A DNA stretch of 64,000 bases, from positions 1-64,000 of the forward strand of contig CANMWZ010000001.1 of NCBI GenBank assembly GCA_947501605.1. The letters are read 5' to 3'. A program made the translations under genes and the position numbers. This document shows positions 56,448-64,000 of this stretch, one piece after another. The notes under the pieces were generated by a model, which made no database searches, was not told the origin of the DNA, and saw nothing but the letters and a program-made list of their open reading frames with translations. Numbering within the stretch: position 1 is the stretch's first letter; each line of letters starts with the position of its first letter. The stretch is from Planctomycetota bacterium (GTDB taxonomy: Bacteria > Planctomycetota > UBA1135 > UBA2386).

Positions 56448-57317
56448 TCAGCCCTCGCGACCTGCGATCAGGCCGAGCAGCGCCGCGACCGACAGCACGT
56501 CGAGGCGATTGTGCTCCAAGACGCGGTCGATCTGCCCCGTCCGATCGCGCAGCCATTGGAGAAATGCCACCGGCGCTTCGCTGCCAGGCAAGTCGTCCGC
56601 ACGGTGCAGAGAGAGCCGCTGTTCTTCGACCGTGCGCAGCTTGCAGTCGGGGAGCTGCTTGCCGAACGCGCGGCGCGCGGCGTAGTAGAGATCGAGATGC
56701 TGAGCCGTCAAGATCGGTGCCTGCAACCGATGCACCGCAAGGCGGGCGGCGATGCGATGGCGATCGAAGCTCTTGCCGACGTAGCTGACCAACACGGGCC
56801 GTTGCTGCAAGCGCTCGGCCACGGCCATCAACATCGCCGGCTCCTCGCCGAAGTCGCGCAAGAACAGCTGTTCCAACACGAAGAACCCATCCTCGAACCA
56901 ACCGAGACCGACGTTGAACACCACGGTGCCTGCGCCGCCCGAAAGGCCCGTCGTCTCGGTGTCGAAGAACAAGCACTGGCGCGGGTCCAGCGTCGCAAAC
57001 GCCGGGTCCTTCGCCAACACCGCGAGGCGGTCCCCGTCCAAAAGCAGCGCGCGGCCAAGCGCCATCGCGCCATGACGGTGTGCGAGCGGGTAGCGAAGCT
57101 GACGTCGCCAGTAGACCCCGTGGGCATTCTGCGCGACTTCCCCTGGAGGCAACTCGACGGGGCTCAGCTTGGCGCGTCGCTCCTGCAGCCGCCGCTGCAG
57201 CAGGGCGCGCAGCTCGTCGCCCGTCTCGACCGGTAACGCGCCTGGCAGTTCGGTGCTCGTCCGTTCGCCGCCGCGTCGAAACGCCGCGCGCAGCTTCTCT
57301 CGATCGGGAGCAACCAT
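56448..57317 (-). CDS. RNase H-like DEDDh exonuclease (YprB/MrfB-like)
   Basis: FFDTETTGLSGGAGT, GKSFD, HLDL, HNRLDVLS; TGATG overlap with the helicase stop. Confidence 0.88.
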   Translation of the reverse strand: MVAPDREKLRAAFRRGGERTSTELPGALPVETGDELRALLQRRLQERRAKLSPVELPPGEVAQNAHGVYWRRQLRYPLAHRHGAMALGRALLLDGDRLAVLAKDPAFATLDPRQCLFFDTETTGLSGGAGTVVFNVGLGWFEDGFFVLEQLFLRDFGEEPAMLMAVAERLQQRPVLVSYVGKSFDRHRIAARLAVHRLQAPILTAQHLDLYYAARRAFGKQLPDCKLRTVEEQRLSLHRADDLPGSEAPVAFLQWLRDRTGQIDRVLEHNRLDVLSVAALLGLIAGREG

Positions 57318-59638
57318 CAGTTGCTGGCCTCGCCAGTCGTGGCCTTGTCGCACGGCACTGCCTCGTCGAGCAGCCCCTCGAGAATGGCGACGGCGACCTG
57401 CTTGGTGCGGGCGCCAAGGCTGGGGTGGGGCCCGACGCACGCCGGACATCCGGAGGCGCACGGGCACCTCGTCGCCACGCCGAGTGCCGCGCGCAGTATC
57501 TCACGATGCGTGCGGAACACGCGCTCGGCAAGACCGACGCCCCCTGGCACGCGGTCGTAGAGGATCAACGCCGGCGCGCAGAAGTGCGGGTGCCGCACTT
57601 CGGCCAGCACTCGAATGTCGCCAGGGTCGACGCGCAAGAACAGCGGCACGAGTCCTTGCAGCAACTCGCCGATGCCCTGCAGGCACCCGGCCTCGCCACC
57701 GCGCAAGAAGCCAAGGCGCAGAACCAGTTCGGGTCGCAAGACCAACGCACAGGCCTCGGTCTCGAACTCCTCGGGCGGCAGGTGGATCTCGCCGATGCCG
57801 ACGTTCTCACGGGTGTAGAACTTGATCTTCTTGAACGCCTTGGCGAGCGTGCTCACGTGAACCTCGCCACGGTGCGCGTGGTAGCCGGCATACTCGAGCG
57901 TTTCATCGACGCGCAGCAGCTTGACGTCGGTCTCGGTATCCGCCTCCGTGTAGTAGTCGGCATCGACCTTGCGGACGAACGCCCGTCGGTCCTGGTACTC
58001 GAAGCGCTCGACGATCCAGGTGTCGCCTTGATGGCCGTAGATCGCGCCTTGGTAGACCTCGGTGATTGCCGAGGGCCGATCGATCTCGGCCAGGATCGTC
58101 CGCGTCTCCACGTCCTGGATCGTGACGTTGTCCATGTCGGCAGCGGTGAGGCTGACACCCTCGGCCGGATAGGTGAGATCGGCGTAGTGGTAGCGTCCGC
58201 CCTGCTTCACCAGGACCTGCATGTCGTGTTCGAGGAACTCGAGCACCTGGTCGATACCCTGCGCTTGCCCGAACCCGTCGTTCGCGTCGATCGGCAACTC
58301 GAACGCCGCGCAGCGAACGTGGTTGGTCAGGATGATCGGGTTGTCGGGATCGATCGCGACCGCGTCGCGCCGCCCGTCGAACAGGTACCCCGGCTGGTGC
58401 ACCAAGAACTGGTCCATCGCGGAGCTGCGCGCCACGAACACGACCGCGCTCTCCTGCGTGCGGCGTCCGACCCGGCCGGCGCGTTGAAACGTGCTCGACA
58501 CCGTCCCTGGGTAACCGACCAGCACGCAGACATCGAGACTGCCGATGTCGATGCCGAGTTCGAGAGCACTCGTCGACACCACGGTCTTGATCGAACCACT
58601 CTTGAGTCCGCGCTCGATACTGCGCCGCAACTCGGGAAGGTAGCCGCCGCGATACCCCGCGACCGACTCCTGCGCGACGTGCTTCTTGGCGGCGTCGTCG
58701 CGCAGGTACTTCAGCAGCACCTCGGTACCGTTGCGCGAGCGCGTGAAGAAGATCGACTGCAGGTCTTGGCCGATCAGCTCGCTTCCGAGCTGTCGCGCCG
58801 CCTCGCTCGCCGGCACGCGCAGGCCCTGCGCCGGGCTCAAGAGTTGGGGGTTCAAGAACAGGAAGTGCTTGCGTCCCCGTGGGCTACCGTCGTCGTCGAC
58901 GACTTCGACTTTGCGCTCGAACAGCCGCTTGCCGTGTTCGCCGGCATTGGCGACGGTCGCCGACGCACCACAGAACACCGGGTCGCTGCCGTAGTGCCGA
59001 CAGACGCGCTGCAGTCGCCGCAGCACGTTGGCGACGTGGCTGCCGTAGATGCCCGACAACGTGTGCAATTCGTCGACGACCACGAAGCGCAACGCCGAGA
59101 ACAGCCCTTGCCACTTGGTGTGATTCGGCAGGATGCCGGTGTGCAGCATGTGCGGATTGGTCAGCACGAGATGCCCCTTCTCGCGCAGCGCCTGCCGCAC
59201 CGACGGCGGCGTGTCGCCGTCGTACACGGCTACCGTGAGATCCTCGCGACCGACGGCAGTGAGCAGCCCTTCCAGGTCGCGCATCTGGTCGCGCGCGAGG
59301 GCCTTGGTCGGAAACAAGTAGAGCGCCCGCGCCTGCAAGCCATCGCGCAACAACGCGTCGAGCACAGGCAGGTGGTAGCACAGCGACTTGCCCGACGCCG
59401 TCGCCGTGGCGACGACGACGTGCTTGCCCTCGTGCAAGAGGTCCGCTGCCAGTCGCTGGTGGCAATACAGCTCGATGGCCCCGCGACCCTCGACGGCGCG
59501 CCGCAGTTCGGGCAGCAACCACTCGGGATACGGCGCCATGCGCGCAGGCCTCGGCTCTTGGCAGTGCCAGGCTTCGACCTTGCCAGGCGCATCCCGCTCG
59601 TTGCGCCGCAGTTTCTGCACGAAGCTGCTCAGGTCCAT
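57317..59638 (-). CDS. DEAD/DEAH-box helicase with DUF1998 (YprA/MrfA/Hrq1-like)
   Basis: LYCHQ, TASGKS, PTKALARDQ, DELH, SAT, ALELGIDIG, QRAGRVGRR, YDRVPGGVG, CPCASGCPAC. Confidence 0.93.
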   Translation of the reverse strand: MDLSSFVQKLRRNERDAPGKVEAWHCQEPRPARMAPYPEWLLPELRRAVEGRGAIELYCHQRLAADLLHEGKHVVVATATASGKSLCYHLPVLDALLRDGLQARALYLFPTKALARDQMRDLEGLLTAVGREDLTVAVYDGDTPPSVRQALREKGHLVLTNPHMLHTGILPNHTKWQGLFSALRFVVVDELHTLSGIYGSHVANVLRRLQRVCRHYGSDPVFCGASATVANAGEHGKRLFERKVEVVDDDGSPRGRKHFLFLNPQLLSPAQGLRVPASEAARQLGSELIGQDLQSIFFTRSRNGTEVLLKYLRDDAAKKHVAQESVAGYRGGYLPELRRSIERGLKSGSIKTVVSTSALELGIDIGSLDVCVLVGYPGTVSSTFQRAGRVGRRTQESAVVFVARSSAMDQFLVHQPGYLFDGRRDAVAIDPDNPIILTNHVRCAAFELPIDANDGFGQAQGIDQVLEFLEHDMQVLVKQGGRYHYADLTYPAEGVSLTAADMDNVTIQDVETRTILAEIDRPSAITEVYQGAIYGHQGDTWIVERFEYQDRRAFVRKVDADYYTEADTETDVKLLRVDETLEYAGYHAHRGEVHVSTLAKAFKKIKFYTRENVGIGEIHLPPEEFETEACALVLRPELVLRLGFLRGGEAGCLQGIGELLQGLVPLFLRVDPGDIRVLAEVRHPHFCAPALILYDRVPGGVGLAERVFRTHREILRAALGVATRCPCASGCPACVGPHPSLGARTKQVAVAILEGLLDEAVPCDKATTGEASN

Positions 59639-59707
59639 CCCAGCACCTGCGATCGATCGCTACCGCCCATCCCAGGATGCTAGCGGCGGCGCTCGCGAAG
59701 ACGATGG

Positions 59708-60703
59708 TCAGCGCCCGACGGTCACTCGCGCAGGCTGAGGCAGCAGGAAGACGCGTTCGAACTCGCGCATGACCGGCTCTGGTCCGAAGCGCTCGCTGTA
59801 GGCGTCAAAGCTCCCGCCGAGCGGGCGGAACGCCGCCAGAATGCGGCGCAGATCGTCCGGGTCCTGGTAATAGATGCCCTTGTCGCCCAAGACCTCGATG
59901 TGGTAGCGGTCCGGGCTGCCGAGCCAGGTGATCACCGGCTTGTGCCGGATCGAGAACTCGGCGCACGCGAGCCCGAACGTCTCGCCCTCGTGCCGCGCGT
60001 GCAGCATCGCATCGCAGGTCTGGACGAACTTCGTCTTGCGAACGAGATCGAAGGTCGCCGGTAGATGGACGATCCGCGGGTGCGGTTCGCAGAACGCCGC
60101 GGTGTTGAGGAACACGAACCAGAGGTCTTGGCGCGCGAGGACCGCGGCGCGCACTTCGGCATGCACGAACGGCAGATCGAAGGTCGACGCCCCGCCGTGG
60201 CGGCCGAGCACCGTTGCCTGGGCCGGAATGCCGAGTTCGCGGCGCAGATCGCCCTCGACCTGAGGCAGCCAGACCATGTACGGCACGACCGGGCAAGGCT
60301 GCCCGCCATCGAGCCCGCGATGCAACGCCACCCACGACGAGATCGCCGCATAGACGTCCCCATGCGGCTCCTTGCACTCGAAAACGCAGTGAACGACCGT
60401 ACGCCCGTGGGGCGGACTCGGCACCTCCCATGGCGGACGCTTGCCATGGTCCTGCACGTAATAGACGTCCATCGGTTCGAGCCACAGCCGCAGGTCGTCG
60501 CGATCGCGATAGAGCAACACGGTGAACCTGCTGCGAAACTTGTCGAGCGCCGACACCGTGGCACGCGCCGGGCACAGGATGAAGCTGCGGTTGCCGAGCA
60601 GTTCCTCGTTGCCGAGTGCGTAGTCGAACAGGGCGACGTCAGTACCGCGTTCGAGGAGATGGCCGGCGTCGAAGGCCACGTTGAGGCGCTGGGGACGGTT
60701 CAT
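59708..60703 (-). CDS. GT-B-like glycosyltransferase of an uncharacterised family
   Basis: RGTDVALFDYA, GRHGG..TFD, CDAMLHAR..GETFGLACAE (E-x7-E), KPVIT. Confidence 0.75.
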   Translation of the reverse strand: MNRPQRLNVAFDAGHLLERGTDVALFDYALGNEELLGNRSFILCPARATVSALDKFRSRFTVLLYRDRDDLRLWLEPMDVYYVQDHGKRPPWEVPSPPHGRTVVHCVFECKEPHGDVYAAISSWVALHRGLDGGQPCPVVPYMVWLPQVEGDLRRELGIPAQATVLGRHGGASTFDLPFVHAEVRAAVLARQDLWFVFLNTAAFCEPHPRIVHLPATFDLVRKTKFVQTCDAMLHARHEGETFGLACAEFSIRHKPVITWLGSPDRYHIEVLGDKGIYYQDPDDLRRILAAFRPLGGSFDAYSERFGPEPVMREFERVFLLPQPARVTVGR

Positions 60704-61096
60704 GGTTCGCACCTGACTGCCCGCGGTTGATCGGCACATTCAAGGCCCCTTCCCAAGGACCGATCGCGGATCGCGGCGGCGCGGCGCGCCCTGGCTGCCG
60801 CTCGACCCAACCCGCAGATAGGATTTCTTGGTCGTCTGCATGCCGGTGCACCAGCCGGCCGACCATGCACCGGTCGGCAGTCTCAGCCACTGGCTCGACC
60901 CCGAGGCGATCCGCAGCGATACCTTGAAGAACTCTCCCCGGTGGGCCCGCGAACGAAGCCGATCAACGAAGTGGCAAGAAAGGACTGGTGGCGAAAGCCC
61001 TAGATTCCGCGGAAAGTTCGCGACGCCGCCATCGACCGACGTGCCGGCCGCAGCCGCTGGCGCCTCCTGCGACCACAGCTACCCAAAGAGCACCAC

Positions 61097-61792
61097 GTGC
61101 CTGAGATTCCACCACCCCTTGGCTACCAACCGGCGGCTCTGCCCGCCGACGAGCCCGAGCGACTGCGAACGCTGCGGCTCCACCAGATCCTCGATACGGC
61201 CGCCGAACAGGCGTTCGACGACCTGGTGAACCTCGCGGCCCTGATCTGCGACGCGCCCATCGCTGCGATCTCCCTCGTCGACACCTCCCGGCAGTGGTTC
61301 AAAGCCAAGGTCGGCCTGTCGGTCGCTTCGACCCCGCGCGACATGGCGTTCTGCGCGCATGCAATTCTCGGCACCGACCTGATGGTCGTCGACGACGCCA
61401 CCGTGGACCCTCGCTTCGCCGAGAACCCGCTGGTCACGGGCGATCCGAGGATCCGATTCTATGTCGGGGCGCCGCTCGTCATGGCAAACGGGACAGCGCT
61501 CGGCACCGTCTGCGTCATCGACCGCAAGCCGCGCACCTTGTCGGCCACACAGCTACGCGCCATGCAACTGCTGCAACGGACCGCCGTGCACTTGGTCGAG
61601 GTCCGCCGCGCGCGGCTGGATCTGGAGGCGATGGCGAAGTTGTTGCCACTGTGCAGTTGGTGCCGCAACGTCCGCAACGACAAGGGTGAGTGGGTCGAGT
61701 TGCACCGCTACGTGCAGGACTCCATGCCGGTCACCCACGGCATTTGTCCGGCTTGCATGGTGCAGCAGCTCGCGCAACTGGAACGGCGGTAA
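61097..61792 (+). CDS. GAF domain protein with C-terminal Cys/His metal-binding module
   Basis: DEPERL..L..ILDT, RQWFK, FCAHAI, DPRFAENPLV, IRFYVGAPL; LPLCSWC...THGICPAC. Confidence 0.88.
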   Translation: MPEIPPPLGYQPAALPADEPERLRTLRLHQILDTAAEQAFDDLVNLAALICDAPIAAISLVDTSRQWFKAKVGLSVASTPRDMAFCAHAILGTDLMVVDDATVDPRFAENPLVTGDPRIRFYVGAPLVMANGTALGTVCVIDRKPRTLSATQLRAMQLLQRTAVHLVEVRRARLDLEAMAKLLPLCSWCRNVRNDKGEWVELHRYVQDSMPVTHGICPACMVQQLAQLERR

Positions 61793-61802
61793 GCCTCGCC
61801 GC

Positions 61803-62549
61803 CTACGCAGTGGCGCCAGCTCCTTTTGCCGGCGCACTCACTGCGGCGGCACCTTTGACGACTAGGTAGTGCGCCGAAGTCCAGTGCTCGCCGGCCCAGG
61901 TGTCGGGCTCCGCCAGCACGACGCGCCCACCATGCGCCCGCACGGCAGCATCGATGTTTGGCCGCGGCAGGCAGTGCATCTCCATGCGCGCTTCGTCGAC
62001 CAACTCGTCGTCACCAGCATTCTGGAACGCTCCTTCGCGGATCACCGCCACCGGCGCCTGGAAGAAGAGCAGGCCACCTGGTTGCAGCACACGAACGAAC
62101 TCACGCACGTAGGCCTGCTGGTACGCCGTGCGCATGTGCTGCAGCACGATCGCCGACAGCACAAAGGCGAGGCTACCGGTCTCGATCGCACGAAGGTCTG
62201 GGTGCTGGTTGTGCAGGTAGCGGACCTTGTCGCCAAAGCGGTTGTGCTGCATCGCACCGCGCACCATCGACGCGCTGATGTCGACGCCCGTGACGTGATC
62301 GAAGTGCGGCGCCAGCGCCTGCGTCAGGCGACCAAGTCCGCAGCCAAAATCGAGCGCCCTGCCGCGCGGCACCAGAAACCGATGCAGCGAGAGCCAGGAC
62401 CCGAGCCACGCGATCGTCTCGCGGCCGGTCAAGAAGAACGCCTCGTGGTCCCAGGCCCCCCCCTTCTTGGTGTCATCCGTCAGGATCGCCCACATCGGGT
62501 CCTGCTTGGCGAGGTTCTCCCAGTTACGGGCAAGACGGTCGAAGTGCAT
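61803..62549 (-). CDS. Class I SAM-dependent methyltransferase
   Basis: DPMWAIL, ALDFGCGLGRL, GVDIS, IVLQH, RVLQPGG. Confidence 0.9.
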   Translation of the reverse strand: MHFDRLARNWENLAKQDPMWAILTDDTKKGGAWDHEAFFLTGRETIAWLGSWLSLHRFLVPRGRALDFGCGLGRLTQALAPHFDHVTGVDISASMVRGAMQHNRFGDKVRYLHNQHPDLRAIETGSLAFVLSAIVLQHMRTAYQQAYVREFVRVLQPGGLLFFQAPVAVIREGAFQNAGDDELVDEARMEMHCLPRPNIDAAVRAHGGRVVLAEPDTWAGEHWTSAHYLVVKGAAAVSAPAKGAGATA

Positions 62550-62587
62550 GGCGTGAGATCTGCCACAGGCTAGCCGACGAAGGCGCC

Positions 62588-62968
62588 GTGGAAACCCCGC
62601 CTCGCGCGGCTCGATCGCACCGGGCCGACGGTTCCGCTAGGCTCGATCCCCGCATGCGCGCCGGCAACGCCGCCATGGACCGGGATCGCCAACGCACTTG
62701 TCGTGCTCGCCGGCGAACTCGACGACAAGCAGCGCCGGTCCAAAGAGCCACTGGCCGACCTGCGCGACTTGCTCCCAGCGCTGTGCCTCGACCTCTCGAC
62801 GACCAAGGCCGGCAAGGCCACTCTCGAAGTCCACAGCGACCTCATCGACGTTGCCTGCAGGTGCTCGGGCAGCAGGCGCAGAGCGACTCGTTTGGGGGGC
62901 CGGTCGAGACCAGCTTCGCCGTGCTGTTCTTGAAGAATGCCGCACTCCCGGCGATCACCGGCAGGTGA
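62588..62968 (+). pseudogene. Fragmented remnant of a helical-barrel (prenyltransferase/squalene-cyclase-repeat-like) planctomycete gene
   Basis: Protein-like segments alternate between frames. Ends QQAQSDSFGGPVETSFAVLFLKNAALPAITGR*, a recognisable C-terminal pattern without the gene body. Confidence 0.35.
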
Positions 62969-62993
62969 TTCGCTACGTTGCCGCGCCACGTCG

Positions 62994-64000
62994 ATGAACC
63001 GCCGCCTCCGCAAGTTCCTGCTGCCAGCGCTGGCGGCGACGTTCGGCCTCGCACTGGCGTGCCTCGCGACCGAACTCCTGCTGCGCGTCGTCGACCCAAT
63101 CGGGCTGAACTACGACCGTGAGTTCCAGCGCTACCGCAACGAGGCGCTGACCTTCGACTGGGATGGCAAGGACCTCGCGACCTTTGATTTCGAAGGTCGC
63201 CTGTTTCGGCACAAGCCAAACCTCGACCTACAGCTCGGCAGCTTTCGCCTGCGCACGAACAGCCTGGGATTCCGCGGGAATGCCGTGTCAGAGCAGAAGC
63301 CCGAGGGGGCGTTCCGCGTGCTCGTGCTCGGCGACTCGGTCGCGTTCGGCTGGGGCGTCGACGAAGCCGCGACGTTCCTTCGCCGCTTCGAGGCCGAGTG
63401 GAACACGACGAATGCGCGCCAGATCGAGGTCGTGAACGCCGGTCACCTGGTCTACGACTCGGTGCAAGAATGGGCGTTGCTTCGCGACCAGGGTTTGGCG
63501 TTGCAGCCCGATCTCGTGCTACTCGTCTACGTCGTCAACGACATCGAACCGTCACGCGACATTGTCGAGGAAGGGCTCGGCCGCCGGCTGCCCGACCCAA
63601 AAGAGGCAGTGCCCGACGCAGGCGACTTCTACACCCGCGTTGCACCGTGGCTCCGCAGCGTCGGCATGCACGCGACCGCCGAGCTGGTCTTGCTGCAGAG
63701 TGACCCCAAAGCCCGCTTTCTCGCAGCGACGCCGAGCGGCACAACCTACGAGCCAGAGCAGTTCGGCCACGGTCCGCGCGGTTGGCCGCGCAGTCAGGCG
63801 GCGCTGCTGGCGATGCGCGACGCCTGCCGCGAGCGCAGCATCCCGTTCGTAGTGCTCGACCACACCTTGCCAGTGCTGCGACCGCTGCCGACGTTTTGTG
63901 CGCAGTCGGCGATCCCCTGCGAGGACTTCCACTTCACCGCCGAAGAGTTGCATCAGCCGATCTACAACTCGGCCAAGGACACGCATGCGAACGCGCGCGG
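62994..64000 (+). CDS. Membrane-anchored SGNH/GDSL hydrolase (3' end outside window; absent from ORF track)
   Basis: MNRRLRKFLL + TM helix + ELLLR, RTNSLGFRG, VLVLGDSVAFGWGV, EVVNAG, YVVND, DTHAN; no stop seen before 64000. Confidence 0.88.
   Translation, partial: MNRRLRKFLLPALAATFGLALACLATELLLRVVDPIGLNYDREFQRYRNEALTFDWDGKDLATFDFEGRLFRHKPNLDLQLGSFRLRTNSLGFRGNAVSEQKPEGAFRVLVLGDSVAFGWGVDEAATFLRRFEAEWNTTNARQIEVVNAGHLVYDSVQEWALLRDQGLALQPDLVLLVYVVNDIEPSRDIVEEGLGRRLPDPKEAVPDAGDFYTRVAPWLRSVGMHATAELVLLQSDPKARFLAATPSGTTYEPEQFGHGPRGWPRSQAALLAMRDACRERSIPFVVLDHTLPVLRPLPTFCAQSAIPCEDFHFTAEELHQPIYNSAKDTHANAR

Noticed and set aside
60828..61010. Possible small gene or remnant upstream of the GAF gene
   Set aside because: Only weakly protein-like, with no recognisable family; cannot be supported.

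Overview
High-GC bacterial chromosomal window, very likely Planctomycetota. The evidence is an adjacent DUF1549/DUF1553 + DUF1501 pair, a secreted vWA protein and an RRM protein. It holds about 55 CDS. Housekeeping genes include rlmD, galM, msrA, pckA, rnpA, yidD and fadE, plus mrfAB-like repair genes and a sugar ABC operon. There is also a cluster of GT-C/YfhO-type membrane glycosylation genes, one tRNA-Leu(TAA), three short tandem repeats and several eroded genes. No integrase, transposase or CRISPR array was seen. The main result is two genes that the ORF track misses because they contain in-frame TGA codons, each followed at bacterial-SECIS distance by a strong G-loop hairpin. (1) 7228-7743 is a lipoprotein with an HMA-like fold pattern and two TGAs one codon apart (G-U-T-U), 20 nt downstream of an outer-membrane beta-barrel gene. 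(2) 22927-23271 is a small DUF2007-like protein with a GG-U-GG loop and a C-terminal four-Cys zinc ribbon. Both are candidate selenoproteins. selA/B/C/D are not in this window, so the Sec reading is an inference. All family assignments come from motif recognition by eye, not database searches.
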